64,000 nt of DNA from an uncultured Deinococcaceae bacterium (GTDB taxonomy: Bacteria > Deinococcota > Deinococci > Deinococcales > Deinococcaceae), in assembly GCA_964252075.1 (NCBI GenBank), contig CAXULY010000004.1, positions 96,001-160,000 of the forward strand, in the 5' to 3' direction. Positions 1-13,350 of this stretch are shown here, piece after piece. Each line of letters opens with the position of its first letter. The first letter of the stretch is position 1. Under the pieces are notes generated by a model. That model had not been told where the DNA came from, ran no database searches, and was given only the letters and a program-made list of their open reading frames with translations. The translations under genes were made by a program, and so were the position numbers.

Positions 1-273
1 GCCCTGGAGTTCCTGGCCTGCGGAGGTGAGGGCATAAATGGAGCGCGGCGGCATCACGGACACGACGGTCTTGGTGACCAGCCCCAGCCGCTCCAGATGG
101 TCGAGGCGCTGGGCAAGGGTGGCGCTGTTGCAGCCGCCCACAGCCCGCGCGAGTTCGTTGAAGCCCTTCTCGCCGACCAGAAGCGAGCGCACGATGTGCA
201 GCACCCACTTCTCCTGCAGTACACCGATGGCCTGGTAGACCGGGCAAAAACTGGTTCCAGTGCCTTCCTGCAT
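1..273 (-). CDS. HxlR-family winged-helix transcriptional regulator (3' end outside window)
   Basis: Manual translation from ATG at 273: [45 protein letters not shown]...[14 protein letters not shown]...[12 protein letters not shown]. Has the HxlR CPV/KW/F-EL/Y-LT pattern. Missing from ORF track because no stop lies in the window. Divergent from the nitroreductase. Confidence 0.85.
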   Translation of the reverse strand, partial: MQEGTGTSFCPVYQAIGVLQEKWVLHIVRSLLVGEKGFNELARAVGGCNSATLAQRLDHLERLGLVTKTVVSVMPPRSIYALTSAGQELQG

Positions 274-325
274 ACACAAAGTATAAGGCAAGGCAGGCCA
301 TCAACTGCAACAAGGCTTACACCGC

Positions 326-354
326 TTGACAATTCAAAGCACTGTGACTATTCT
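326..354 (+). promoter_or_regulatory. sigma-A promoter, leaderless, for nitroreductase
   Basis: TTGACA(326-331)-17 bp-TATTCT(349-354), with ATG 6 nt downstream and no SD. Confidence 0.75.
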
Positions 355-360
355 ATTCAT

Positions 361-984
<624 letters not shown>

Positions 985-1000
985 ATTCAGTCACTTCCCC

Positions 1001-1040
1001 AGGAAGAGAGGGCGCCCGATCGCGGGCGCCCTCTCTCCTT
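1001..1040. terminator. Bidirectional terminator hairpin
   Basis: gagagggcgcccg-atcg-cgggcgccctctc between convergent genes. Confidence 0.75.
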
Positions 1041-1857
1041 ATGGCTGGCGCCGACCCCTGAAGATCAGCACCAGCACGAACACCACCGTGTTCACCAGGA
1101 TGATCAACGCGCCCGGCGCGAGGTTCAGGTAGTACGAGGCGTACAGGCCCACCGCGCCCGTCACCGCGCCCAGGCAGGCCGCGACCAGCATCATGGCCTT
1201 CAGGCTGTGCGTGAGGAGCCGCGCCGTGGCGGACGCCGTGATGAGCAGGCTCACCGAGAGGGTGGTGCCGACCAGCTGAATGGTCAGCACCACCACCAGC
1301 GCCACCAGCACCAGCAGGAGGTTGTTCAGGCGCCCCACCGGCAGGCCCACCGCGCGCGCCTCCGTCGGGTCGAAGCTCACCAGCAGCAGTTCCTTCTGGA
1401 AGGCCGCCAGCACGAACGCGATGAGGGCCGTGACGCCCAGGGACGACCATAGGTCCGTGCTCGTGACGCCTAAAGGGTTCCCCACCAGGAACTCCTGCAG
1501 GTTCACGGCGTAGGTGCGCGTCTGCGAGAGGAGCGCCACGCCCAGCGCGAACATCCCCACGAACACGATGCCGATGGCGCTGTCCTGCTTGAGGCCGCTG
1601 CGCTGCGCCACGAAGCCGATCCCCAGGGACGTGAGGAGCGCCGCGACGATGGCGCCCGCCAGCAGGTTCAGCTTCAGCAGGAAGGCCGCCACGATGCCCG
1701 GGAAGACCGCGTGACTCATGGCGTCCCCGATGTACGACAGGCCGCGCAGCACCACGTACACGCCGATCACGGCGCACATCACGGACACCAGCGCCACGCC
1801 GAGCAGCGCCCGCACGAAGAAGCTGTACTGCAGGGGGTCGGTCAGCCAGTGCATCAT
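1039..1857 (-). CDS. Mn/Zn ABC transporter permease
   Basis: [11 protein letters not shown] and [11 protein letters not shown] motifs; multi-pass hydrophobic; start overlaps the ATPase stop. Confidence 0.92.
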   Translation of the reverse strand: MMHWLTDPLQYSFFVRALLGVALVSVMCAVIGVYVVLRGLSYIGDAMSHAVFPGIVAAFLLKLNLLAGAIVAALLTSLGIGFVAQRSGLKQDSAIGIVFVGMFALGVALLSQTRTYAVNLQEFLVGNPLGVTSTDLWSSLGVTALIAFVLAAFQKELLLVSFDPTEARAVGLPVGRLNNLLLVLVALVVVLTIQLVGTTLSVSLLITASATARLLTHSLKAMMLVAACLGAVTGAVGLYASYYLNLAPGALIILVNTVVFVLVLIFRGRRQP

Positions 1858-2606
1858 GCGCCCCGCTGCGGCGCGCCCAGGTGCGAGCTGGAGAAGGTCG
1901 CCTCGATGTTCGCGGGCGTGTACACGTCCCCGGGCGCGCCCTGCGCCACCACGGAGCGGTTCACCAGCACGAGGCGGTCGCACCACACGCGGGCGGCCTC
2001 CAGGTCGTGCGTGACCATCAGCACGCCGCGCCCGGCGCGCGCCTGGGCGCGCAGGAGCGCCATGACGCGCTCGCCGGTGGTGGCGTCCACACCCGTGAGG
2101 GGTTCGTCGAGCAGCAGGATCTGCGCCTCTCGCGCCAGCATGCGCGCCAGCAGCACGCGCTGCTTCTGCCCGCCGGAGAGGTCCGCGATGGGGCGCCGCG
2201 CGAGGTCCAGGGTGCCCGTCTGCTCCAGCGCCGCGCGCACGATGTCGCGGTCTCGGCGGCCCGGCAGGCGCAGCCACCCCACGCGTGCCGTGCGGCCCAT
2301 CATGGCGACGTCCCAGGCGGTCACGGGGAAATGCCAGTCGAGGCTCTGCTGCTGCGGCACGTACGCGATGGCGTCGCGCGGGCGCGCGGCGAGGTCCGGG
2401 CGGAAGCAGACCACCCCGCTGGTGGGCGGCACGAGGCCCAGCACGGTCTTGAGGAGGGTGCTCTTGCCCGCGCCGTTCGGCCCGATCACCGCCACGAACT
2501 CGCCCTGGTCAAGGGACACGCTGGCCGCCGAGAGCGCCTCCTGCGCGCCGTACCGCACGCTGAGGTGTTCGGTGTGGAAGAGCGGGTGGCGGTCGTGGTG
2601 GCCCAT
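1854..2606 (-). CDS. Mn/Zn ABC transporter ATP-binding protein (start could be GTG ~2663)
   Basis: [27 protein letters not shown]. Confidence 0.9.
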   Translation of the reverse strand: MGHHDRHPLFHTEHLSVRYGAQEALSAASVSLDQGEFVAVIGPNGAGKSTLLKTVLGLVPPTSGVVCFRPDLAARPRDAIAYVPQQQSLDWHFPVTAWDVAMMGRTARVGWLRLPGRRDRDIVRAALEQTGTLDLARRPIADLSGGQKQRVLLARMLAREAQILLLDEPLTGVDATTGERVMALLRAQARAGRGVLMVTHDLEAARVWCDRLVLVNRSVVAQGAPGDVYTPANIEATFSSSHLGAPQRGA

Positions 2607-2665
2607 GGTGGGTGAGGGCGCGGCGCCCCCACGGTCCACGATTCTAGCCTGAGCGACCCCCACCC

Positions 2666-3544
2666 CTACCTCAGCGCCTTCACGATGGTCCGCACGTTGT
2701 ACGCGAGGGCCTTCAGGTAGGTGTCGCCCGCGCTGCCCTTCGGGCCGAGCGCGTCGGTGACCAGGGGCGGCGCGACCCGCACACCCGTCTCGTCGCTCAC
2801 GGTGGCGGCCAGCTTGTTGTTGATGACGTTCTCCGTGAAGATGGCGCGCACCCGCTGCGCGCGGATTGCCTGGATGAGGCGCACGGTGTCCTGCGCGCTG
2901 GGTTCCTGCTCGGTGCCGAGGCTGGGAATCACCTCGCCCACGATGGTGAAGCCGTAGTGCCGCGCGAAGTACCCCAGCGCGTCGTGGTTGGTGACGAGCT
3001 TGCGGTTCGCGGCGGGCAGGGTGGCGATCAGCTTCTTCGCGGCAGCGTCGGCGGCGCGCACCTGATTCCCGTAGCGCGCGGCGTTGCTGGCGTAGACCGC
3101 TTTGCCCGCCGGGTCCACCTGCGCGAGCGTGTCGCGGATGGTGTTCACGTAGGCGATCACGTGCTCGGGGTTCCACCAAAGGTGCGGGTCGGTGATGGTC
3201 TGGCCGTCCTCCACGAAGCTCTGCTTCTTCAGGCCGTCGGAGAGCGCGACGATCCGCGCGCCCTGCGCGCTGGGGCGCAATTTGGTGAACCAGCTTTCCA
3301 GGCCCGCGCCGTTCTCGAAGATGAGCCGCGCGCGCGCGACGGTGCGGATGTCGCCGGTGGAGGGCTCGTAGGTGTGGGTGTCCCCGCCGGGCGGCACGAG
3401 GTTCAGGAGCGTCACGCGGGCGCCGCCGACGTTCTGCACGAGGTCCGCGAGGATGGAGAAGGTGGTGACGACGGGCACGGGTGCGGCGAGCGCGCCGCCC
3501 GTGAGGAGGGCCGTCAGGGGGAGCAGCAGTCGGGACGCACGCAT
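2666..3544 (-). CDS. Mn/Zn ABC transporter substrate-binding protein
   Basis: Signal peptide; DTHTYEP, DPHLW, HDALGYF cluster A-I motifs. Confidence 0.93.
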   Translation of the reverse strand: MRASRLLLPLTALLTGGALAAPVPVVTTFSILADLVQNVGGARVTLLNLVPPGGDTHTYEPSTGDIRTVARARLIFENGAGLESWFTKLRPSAQGARIVALSDGLKKQSFVEDGQTITDPHLWWNPEHVIAYVNTIRDTLAQVDPAGKAVYASNAARYGNQVRAADAAAKKLIATLPAANRKLVTNHDALGYFARHYGFTIVGEVIPSLGTEQEPSAQDTVRLIQAIRAQRVRAIFTENVINNKLAATVSDETGVRVAPPLVTDALGPKGSAGDTYLKALAYNVRTIVKALR

Positions 3545-3553
3545 GCGCTAAAC

Positions 3554-3567
3554 GATAATGCGTTCTC
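3554..3567. promoter_or_regulatory. Putative Fur/Zur-family operator for the metal ABC operon
   Basis: Imperfect palindrome GATAAT-gc-GTTCTC just upstream of the SBP start. Confidence 0.45.
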
Positions 3568-3634
3568 AGTTTCAAAATCAAGGGGCCAAAGAACGGGGTG
3601 GAACGCACGCGCCCCACCCCGACCGGGCCTCAGG

Positions 3635-5002
3635 TCAGATCTTCACGCCCGCCTGGTCCAGCTCCGCGCGCTGCTCGTCGAAGCCCGCGCGGCCCATCAG
3701 GGCGTAGGTCAGCACCTTGCCCAACTCCACGCCCGGCTGGTCGAAGGCGTTGATGTCCAGCAGCTCACCCACCACCGCCGTCTGCAGCATCAGGAACTGC
3801 AAGACGTAGCCCAGCTGCTCCGCGTCGATGCGGTCCAGACTGAGGGTGAAGTTCGGCTGACCCGCCTGCACCAGCGCGTAGCCCGTCGCAGCCTGCTCGG
3901 CGTTCATCAGGGTCTGGTAGGGCTTGTCGCCCATGTACGTCATCTCGGGCTCGTTCGGCTCGGCGTTCGGGATGAGCGTTCCGCGCGCGTCGCTGTTCAC
4001 CTTCACGAAGGCCACGATCTTGTCGTGCGGCCCCTCGCGGTACAGCTGCACCTGCGAGTGCTGGTCGGTGGTGCCCACCGCCTTCACGGGCGTGGTGCCG
4101 GTGTGCGCGGTCGTGCCGTCCTTCAGGCGGTTCTTACCGAGGGACTCCGCCCACAGTTGCGCGAACCAGTCACTCAGGTAGCGCAGGCGCGTCGAGTACG
4201 GCATGAACACCAGGATGTTGCGCCCCCGCGACCCGAACTCATGTGTGACGAGCGCCGCCTGCAGGATCTCGTTCTCGGCGGCGGGCTTGCGGAAGTCCTC
4301 CAGCGCGCGGCGCGCGCCCGCCAGCAGCGCCTCCACATCCACGCCACCCAGCGCGGCGGGCAGCAGGCCCACCGCGGACAGCACGCTGAAGCGCCCACCC
4401 ACCGAGGGCGGCACGGGCAGCGTCGCGTAGCCCTCGCGCTCCGCGAGGGGCCGCAGGATGCCCTTCTGCGGGTCCGTCGTGGCGATGATGTGCGTCTTGT
4501 ACCCGTCACCCAGCGCGTCCTGCAGCCACGCCTTGCAGCTCAGGTACGCCGCCATGGTCTCGGTGGTGGTGCCGCTCTTGGAGATCACGTTCACCAGCGT
4601 GCGCGCGGGGTCCATCACCTCCAGCAGCCCCCCGATCACGTCGCCGTCCACGTTGTCCACGAAGTGCACGCGCAGGGCGGGGCGCTCGCGCAGCAGGTTG
4701 TGGTACGGGTGCTGCAGGGCCGTCACGACCGTCAGGCCGCCCAAGCTGCTGCCGCCGATGCCCAGCACGATCAGGTCGTCGTAGCCGTCCCGCAGGCGCC
4801 CCGCGAGCGACAGCACCTCGGGCAGCACCTCGCCCGCAGGCAGGTCCATCCAGCCGAGCCAGGGGTCGCCGCCCTTCGCCTGACGCGCCAGCAGGCTGTC
4901 GCGCGCGGTCTCCAGGCGCCCCGTCCGCTCCGAGAGCAGCGCGTCCCAGTCGAGTCCCGCGTCACCCAGGGCCGCCGCCTTGACGTTCGTGAGGTCTAAC
5001 AT
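3635..5002 (-). CDS. pgi: Glucose-6-phosphate isomerase
   Basis: GIGGSSLG, SKSGTTTET, GGRFSVLS, DQHSQVQL, FDQPGVE. Confidence 0.95.
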   Translation of the reverse strand: MLDLTNVKAAALGDAGLDWDALLSERTGRLETARDSLLARQAKGGDPWLGWMDLPAGEVLPEVLSLAGRLRDGYDDLIVLGIGGSSLGGLTVVTALQHPYHNLLRERPALRVHFVDNVDGDVIGGLLEVMDPARTLVNVISKSGTTTETMAAYLSCKAWLQDALGDGYKTHIIATTDPQKGILRPLAEREGYATLPVPPSVGGRFSVLSAVGLLPAALGGVDVEALLAGARRALEDFRKPAAENEILQAALVTHEFGSRGRNILVFMPYSTRLRYLSDWFAQLWAESLGKNRLKDGTTAHTGTTPVKAVGTTDQHSQVQLYREGPHDKIVAFVKVNSDARGTLIPNAEPNEPEMTYMGDKPYQTLMNAEQAATGYALVQAGQPNFTLSLDRIDAEQLGYVLQFLMLQTAVVGELLDINAFDQPGVELGKVLTYALMGRAGFDEQRAELDQAGVKI

Positions 5003-5104
5003 GCCCACCAGTCTAAGACGCCGTGCGTCAGGCGCCCGCCACGCGCGCGGGCATGAACGAAACATTCATGCGCACTCGCCGTTCAGCGCCGGGCGTTTGC
5101 CACA

Positions 5105-5557
5105 ATGACCCTCATGAAGCCCTTCTCCATGAAACGCGTCCTGCAGCAGAGCCTGCTGGCCCTCACGGTCGCTGCGGCAGGCACGGCCGCCGCCGCGCCC
5201 TTCTCCCTGAACCTCGGCGGTTCGCTCGGTGGCGGCGCGGGCCTGCACTTCGGCCTGACCGACCAGAACCTCTTCACGCTCGGGGCCATCCCCATTGACG
5301 GGCGCATCTCGGCCGACGCCAACCGCTACGGCGTGCTGGTGAACGCCGACGCCCTCGCGGTGTACGACGCGGGCAGCTTCACTCTGTACGGCGGTCCCGG
5401 CATCACGCTGGGCGGCGGCAACGGCCTGGGACTGGCCCTCACGGGCGGCCTGAACTACCCGCTCACGGACCAGTTCGGCCTGTACGCCGAGGCCGCCGTG
5501 CGCCTGCTGAACACCGCGCCCAGCGTGCTGCGCGTGGGCGTCACCTACGACTTCTGA
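5105..5557 (+). CDS. Small secreted outer-membrane beta-barrel-like protein
   Basis: Signal peptide (AAA), alternating Gly/hydrophobic strands, C-terminal VGVTYDF. Confidence 0.7.
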   Translation: MTLMKPFSMKRVLQQSLLALTVAAAGTAAAAPFSLNLGGSLGGGAGLHFGLTDQNLFTLGAIPIDGRISADANRYGVLVNADALAVYDAGSFTLYGGPGITLGGGNGLGLALTGGLNYPLTDQFGLYAEAAVRLLNTAPSVLRVGVTYDF

Positions 5558-5591
5558 CCGACCCATCCGGCTGGGGTGAGGGGCGCGCCCC

Positions 5592-7283
5592 TCACCCCAG
5601 CGCTTTCACCTCGGCCTGCAGGCGCTCCAGCTCCGCGCGCAGTTGCGTGGCGCGCGTGACGGCGGCCTCCAGGCGGGCCTGCTCGGTCTCCGTGAAGCGC
5701 GTGTAGGGGCGGATGGCGTCGCCCAGGCGGGCGTCGGCGCGCTCCTGCTCGCGGTCGTACTCGCGCCGCACGATGGCCTCCAGGGATTCGCGCATGGCGT
5801 CCACCCGCTGCCGCAGCTGCCGCAGCGCGGAGAGGCGCTTGCCGGGCAGCACGATCAGGCCCAGGCTGCCCACCGCGATGCCCGCCAACACGCCCGTGAA
5901 GTCCGCCAGCGCACCTGTCACGAGCGCCACCGTGAGCGCCCCGATCCCCAGCCCGCCCGCCAATGAGCCGATCACGCCCTTCATGGCGCTCTCCGCGTCC
6001 AGCGCGAGCTGCCGCGTGAGTTCACGCTCCGTGACTTCCGTGAGGTGCGCCTGCGCGCTCCCCGCGATGCCCGTGAGCAGCGCCTGGCGGTCGTAGGAGA
6101 AGCGCGTGCGCGCCACCTCCTCGCGCGGCGCGCGGCGCACGAGGCCCTGCTGCACGTCCTCCCAGAAGCGCAGGTTCGCCTCCACGAAGCGGTCAATCAT
6201 GGTGGAGAACTGCGCCTCGATGGCCTGCGGCAGGTCCGCGACGGCCTCCCGGCGGAAGGCCTCCTCCAGCTTGCGTCCGTTCAGGAGTTCCCGGAAGTTC
6301 GTGAGGCGCAGGCGCGTGTCGATGAACTTCTCGGCGCGCACCTCGAACTCGGAGAGCAGGCGCCCCACGCGGTTCAGCTGGCCGTCCAGCTCGCCACGCA
6401 TGGTCTCGCGGTGGTGGGCGCGCTCGCCCTCCAGTTCGCGCAGCACCACGAGGTCCTGCGCGAGCGTCTCGCGCGCGCCGCGCACGCGCGCCTCCTCACC
6501 CGCCAGGATCTCCGCGGAGGTCGAGAGGGGGCTCTGCAGCTTCAGGCGCGTGCGTTCCCGCTCGGAGAGGCGCTGCGACAGCACCGCCCGCAGGGCCATG
6601 AAGCCCGGGTCGCCGCCGCGCTGCTCGCCGCGCGCGCTCACCAGCAGCACCGGGGGCGTGAGGCCCAGCACGCCGCGCGCGCCCGCCTCCACGAAGGCGC
6701 GCACCTCGCGGCGCGCCTCCTCGGTCTCCAGCAGGTCACTTTTGTTTACTACCACGATCACGCTGCGCCCCCAGCGCTGCGCGAGCAGCAGGAACTGCCG
6801 TTCGCTCTCCGTGAAGGGGCGGTCCGCGCTCGTGAGGAACAGCAGCAGGTCCGCGCGCGGCAGGAAGCCCTCGGTGAGCGTCTGGTGCTGCCGGATGATG
6901 GCGTTCGTGCCGGGCGTGTCCACCAGCGCCACCCCGGAGAGCGCCGGGATGGGCACGCGCAGGCGCAGCACGAAGGGGTCGGGGGTCGCTTCGGGCTCGC
7001 CGCGCGTCTCGCCGTGCGTGAGGACGTAGATGCGGTCCGTGGTGGGTGTCACGCCCTCCGGCAGCACGTGGTCCCCCAGCAGGGCGTTCACGAAGCTGGA
7101 TTTGCCCGCGTTGAACTCCCCCACCACCACCAGCAGGAAGCTCTCGTCAAGGCTGGCGAGGGCCGTGCGCGCGTGCTGCACGGCCTCGGCGGGCGCGCCC
7201 TGCGCCTCCAGGAAGGCCGCGAGGTCCGCGAGCAGCAGGCGCTCGCGCGTGAGGAGCCCCTGCACGGTGTCGGAGACGAGCAT
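5592..7283 (-). CDS. Bacterial dynamin-like GTPase
   Basis: GEFNAGKSS, PTT, DTPG, NKSD; long helical stalk and hydrophobic paddle near the C-terminus. Confidence 0.88.
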   Translation of the reverse strand: MLVSDTVQGLLTRERLLLADLAAFLEAQGAPAEAVQHARTALASLDESFLLVVVGEFNAGKSSFVNALLGDHVLPEGVTPTTDRIYVLTHGETRGEPEATPDPFVLRLRVPIPALSGVALVDTPGTNAIIRQHQTLTEGFLPRADLLLFLTSADRPFTESERQFLLLAQRWGRSVIVVVNKSDLLETEEARREVRAFVEAGARGVLGLTPPVLLVSARGEQRGGDPGFMALRAVLSQRLSERERTRLKLQSPLSTSAEILAGEEARVRGARETLAQDLVVLRELEGERAHHRETMRGELDGQLNRVGRLLSEFEVRAEKFIDTRLRLTNFRELLNGRKLEEAFRREAVADLPQAIEAQFSTMIDRFVEANLRFWEDVQQGLVRRAPREEVARTRFSYDRQALLTGIAGSAQAHLTEVTERELTRQLALDAESAMKGVIGSLAGGLGIGALTVALVTGALADFTGVLAGIAVGSLGLIVLPGKRLSALRQLRQRVDAMRESLEAIVRREYDREQERADARLGDAIRPYTRFTETEQARLEAAVTRATQLRAELERLQAEVKALG

Positions 7284-7394
7284 GCGCTCAGGGTAGCGCG
7301 GCGGGCGGGGGCCGCCTGTGGAAGGACATGCATTGTGCGGCAGACGCGGGCGGGCCGGACGGTTCTTGCCGTCCGGCCCGCAGGGGTCACATCC

Positions 7395-10046
7395 TCACTT
7401 GCAGAGGTCGGTTATGCACAGCTCCAGCTCCGCCCAGTCGCGGTCCTTCTGCACGACCAGCTTCAGGGACAGGGTGCCGTTCTCGAAGGCGTAACTGTCG
7501 CCGTTCGTGGTGTCCAGCTGCGCGAGCGCGACCTTCTTGAGTTTGTTGCGGTTGTCCACCCACCAGTCCCGGTACAGGCTGGGCTCGCTGGCGTACGGCA
7601 GGTCCACGCGCAGGGTGTCGCCCACCGCCCGCTGCGCGAGTTCCAGGCGCAGGTGGGCGGGCGCGGCGTTCTGCAGGCTCAGGCCGTACTGCCCGCCCGC
7701 CACGACCGTCGCGGAGTAGTACGTGCGGTCGTTCGGGACGCCCACCAGGGCCGCGCTGCTCGCGCCCTGACTGAGCGTGACGGTGCCCACGCTGCCCGCG
7801 TTCACGGTGGACAGCCACAGCTGCCCGTAGGGGCGGGGCGGGCACAGGTAGGTGTTCCAGTCGGCCTTGAAGGTGCAGCCGCCGTCGTGCAGCAGGGCGC
7901 TGTTCGCCGTGATGAAGGCGCCCGCCTGCCCGGACACGCTGCCGTCCTGATCCACGAACACCATGGCCTTGTCGCCGTCCTTGTCGGCGGCGGGGTCCTC
8001 GATGAACACCGGGGTGGCGTTCACGAACTTCACGCCCTGCGCGGCGTTGCGGGGGCTGACCGTGAAGGCGTCCTGGCGCAGGTACGACAGGCCGCTCGCC
8101 TTGCGCCCGGCGGTCGGGGTGAAGTTCGCGAAGGTGGTGCCCGTGGCGTGCACGGGACCGTCGTAGAACTGGAAGCCGCGGATGGGGAAGTGCTCGTCCC
8201 ACGGCATGGGGAGGCTGCGCCCGCCCTCACCCCTGGCCTCCCACGATTCGGGCGCGCCGGTGTTCGCGCTCTCCCCCACCACGAGGCCGCCGTCCAGGCC
8301 GCTGTCGCTCGCCGCGAAGGTCGTGCCGACCGCGTTGTCCGCGAGGACCGCGCCGCGCACGGTGAGGTTCTCGCCGCGCAGCCACGCACCCTGGTTGCGC
8401 ACCTTGTACGCCGTGAAGTGCTCGAAGCTGACGGGCACCGGCGCGCTTTTGGGGTCGGCGGGCGTCGCGCGCGGGTCGTAGTACGTGGTGCCGGTCGTGC
8501 CGTCCGGGTTGGGACCGTGGTCCACGTCCAGCCCGAAGCTGCCGTAGCTGTGCGCGACATTCCCGCTGAACTCCCCGAGCGGCGTGCGCTGCGGCCAGGT
8601 ATTCGCGCCGCTCGCGGCGCTCAGGCCGGTGGGGTGCTGCGGCAGGGCGTACCAGAAGCCCACGCCGTCCCCGCCCGCCGCGACGTTGCCGCGCACGGTG
8701 TTCGCGGGGTTGGTGATCCAGAAGGTCGCGGGGCCAGGGTAGCCGGCGTCGCTGGGCAGCACCGCCTGCTGGCCCTTCTTGCTGTCCGGGCGGTGCGTGC
8801 CGAGGGCCAGGTTGCCCTCCAGCACGTTCCCGGTTTCCGCGCCGTCCTCCATGAAGAAGCAGTGCCCGATGGTGTTGTACGCGACGTTGTTCTGCACGCG
8901 CAGGTTGTTCGTGCCGTGAATGGTGAGGCAGCGGTTGAAGTTGTCGTGCAGGCTCACGCCGCGCACGTAGCTGCTGCTGGCGTCCGCGATCAGGTGGTAG
9001 TGGATGGGGTAGCGGCGCACCTGCCCGAGCTGTCCCATGCGCGTGAATTCGGTGTTCTCGAAGCGGCCCTGCGCGCCGTCCATCACCATGATGTGCCCGC
9101 CGAAGCCGGCCGCGCTGGCGTTCATGTCGCCCTGCACGGTCACGTTGCGGCTCAGCAGGCCCACCTCGGCGCGCTCGTCCAGGGTCTGCCCGGCGACCGT
9201 CTGCATCTGCCCGTAGTGCGGGTACTTCAGGGCGGGCGTGAAGGTCACGGTGCTGCCGCTCACGCCCGCGACGGTCACGACCTCCGCCTGGTCCGCGCTG
9301 AAGTCGGTGGAGGCCACCACGAGGCGGTCCCCGCTGCGCCAGTCGGTGCCGCCCTGCACGGTGAGGCTGGTGGCGCCCACAGCCGCCGTGGCGCTGAGGC
9401 GCGTCCAGTTCGTGCGCGGCTGCCCGTGCAGGTCCAGCTGGCCGCCCATCATGGCGCCCAGCACCTTGTCACCCATGTTCATGACGTTCTCGCCGGGCGT
9501 GACGTCCGTGAGGGTGATGGTGGCCCTGTGCGTGAAGGGGTGCCCGTCGGCGCCCACGCTGAGCTTTCCGCCGTCCAGCATGATCCAGTCCGCCCTGAGT
9601 TCCAGGTCGGCGGTGTCCGCGAAGGTCAGGCTGCCCGAGATGGTGAGGTTCGCGAGGCGTGGGGGCGTCACGTCCAGCAGCACGTCCTTGCCCGCAGGGA
9701 TGGTCACGCTCGCGCCCTCGGCGGGCACCTGACCTGAGGGCCAGCTCTTCGGGTCCGACCACTTCAGGGCGCCGCTGGGCACCGGTGCCGGGGTGGGGCT
9801 GGGCGTGGGGGTAGGACCGGGCGCGGGTGTGGGCGCTGGCGCCGGCGTGGGCGCGGGGTTCGGGCCTGGCTTCGGGCTGGGGCTGGGGGATGGCTGCGCG
9901 CCCGCGCCGGGTGTGGGGGACGGGCTGGGCGCGCCACCCACGCTGCTGGTGCCGGAGGTGGACGTGGCCTCCACGGTGGGCAGGGGGTCACCGCAGGCCC
10001 CCAGCAGCAGGGCGAAAGGCAGGAGGAGGGCCAGAGGGGTCTTCAT
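7395..10046 (-). CDS. G8-domain / beta-helix lipoprotein (TMEM2/CEMIP-like)
   Basis: Lipobox LGAC, Pro-rich linker, G8 start WSDPKSWPSGQVP, RYPIHYHL...NRCLTIHGT...GHCFFMEDG. Confidence 0.85.
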   Translation of the reverse strand: MKTPLALLLPFALLLGACGDPLPTVEATSTSGTSSVGGAPSPSPTPGAGAQPSPSPSPKPGPNPAPTPAPAPTPAPGPTPTPSPTPAPVPSGALKWSDPKSWPSGQVPAEGASVTIPAGKDVLLDVTPPRLANLTISGSLTFADTADLELRADWIMLDGGKLSVGADGHPFTHRATITLTDVTPGENVMNMGDKVLGAMMGGQLDLHGQPRTNWTRLSATAAVGATSLTVQGGTDWRSGDRLVVASTDFSADQAEVVTVAGVSGSTVTFTPALKYPHYGQMQTVAGQTLDERAEVGLLSRNVTVQGDMNASAAGFGGHIMVMDGAQGRFENTEFTRMGQLGQVRRYPIHYHLIADASSSYVRGVSLHDNFNRCLTIHGTNNLRVQNNVAYNTIGHCFFMEDGAETGNVLEGNLALGTHRPDSKKGQQAVLPSDAGYPGPATFWITNPANTVRGNVAAGGDGVGFWYALPQHPTGLSAASGANTWPQRTPLGEFSGNVAHSYGSFGLDVDHGPNPDGTTGTTYYDPRATPADPKSAPVPVSFEHFTAYKVRNQGAWLRGENLTVRGAVLADNAVGTTFAASDSGLDGGLVVGESANTGAPESWEARGEGGRSLPMPWDEHFPIRGFQFYDGPVHATGTTFANFTPTAGRKASGLSYLRQDAFTVSPRNAAQGVKFVNATPVFIEDPAADKDGDKAMVFVDQDGSVSGQAGAFITANSALLHDGGCTFKADWNTYLCPPRPYGQLWLSTVNAGSVGTVTLSQGASSAALVGVPNDRTYYSATVVAGGQYGLSLQNAAPAHLRLELAQRAVGDTLRVDLPYASEPSLYRDWWVDNRNKLKKVALAQLDTTNGDSYAFENGTLSLKLVVQKDRDWAELELCITDLCK

Positions 10047-10124
10047 GTGACCTTAAGTGTGCGGGTTAGTTATGTGAAGTGTCTGTTAAGAACTCCCGGT
10101 GCCCAGTGCACACCGCACGTGCGC

Positions 10125-10153
10125 TTGACCATTCCCTCCCCCACCTTTAAGGT
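10125..10153 (+). promoter_or_regulatory. sigma-A promoter of the asd leader
   Basis: TTGACC(10125-30)-17 bp-TAAGGT(10148-53), with ATG 6 nt later. Confidence 0.65.
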
Positions 10154-10159
10154 GCAGGC

Positions 10160-10204
10160 ATGACGCCTTGTCTGCCCCGAACCACCATTTGTCCGGCAGG
10201 CTAG
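10160..10204 (+). CDS. Putative leaderless attenuator peptide [14 protein letters not shown]
   Basis: 14 codons starting at the predicted TSS, with ACC ACC ATT (Thr-Thr-Ile), followed by a terminator upstream of asd. Confidence 0.55.
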   Translation: MTPCLPRTTICPAG

Positions 10205-10229
10205 GCTTACACTTTGCCCAGCTGCCCGT

Positions 10230-10252
10230 CCCGCTCGCGAGGCGGGTTTTTT
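10230..10252 (+). terminator. Attenuator terminator upstream of asd
   Basis: CCCGCTCGCGAGGCGGG followed by T6, upstream of the asd SD. Confidence 0.75.
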
Positions 10253-10277
10253 CTTGAGACCCAACAGGGAGGTCACC

Positions 10278-11291
<1,014 letters not shown>

Positions 11292-11301
11292 GGGAACGCA
11301 G

Positions 11302-11331
11302 GGAGGCCGGGCCCACGTGGGCCCGGCCTCC
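11302..11331. terminator. Hairpin between convergent asd and actP
   Basis: ggaggccgggccc-acgt-gggcccggcctcc. Confidence 0.7.
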
Positions 11332-11341
11332 GCCGTGTGCG

Positions 11342-12936
<1,595 letters not shown>

Positions 12937-12940
<4 letters not shown>

Positions 12941-13236
12941 GCGCGGACCTCGGCGCGCGCCTGCTCGGCGAGGCGGTCGAACTGCCGGGCGCGGCGCACG
13001 TACACCGCCGCGAGCACCCAGCCCATCACGAACTCCAGGAAGGCCAGCACGTACCCGAGCGTGATGTTCCCCATCACCTTGGCGCTCAGGGCGTCGCGCG
13101 CGTACCCGGCCAGGATGGGCAGCAGCAGGTACAGCACCAGGAAGGTGATGGTCATGGCGACCGTGAAACGGTTGCGTTCCCGGACGAGGCGGATGTACGC
13201 CGAGTCGCGCGGGGCGGTGGGGACGGCCTGCTGCAT
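12937..13236 (-). CDS. DUF485 (YjcH-like) small membrane partner of ActP
   Basis: Two TM segments, YVRRARQFD, canonical position upstream of actP. Confidence 0.85.
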
Positions 13237-13350
13237 AGGGCACCTCCAGGGCTGGGGGACGTGACGGCCGGATGAATTGTGGTTGTGCCCCGATGGTACT
13301 CCCTGGCGCCCGGGCGGTGCAAAGGCCCCAGGCGTGCCATTCTGGGCCGC

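Noticed and set aside
6045..9737. 1230-aa plus-strand ORF
   Set aside because: Antisense shadow of the dynamin and G8 genes; no motifs
9780..9930. Short degenerate tandem repeats (also 21660-21910) as a CRISPR or DNA repeat
   Set aside because: They encode Pro/Ala/Thr linkers; no repeat-spacer structure
10100..10277. Lysine riboswitch or T-box upstream of asd
   Set aside because: Leader too short and lacks the signature motifs; a peptide attenuator fits better
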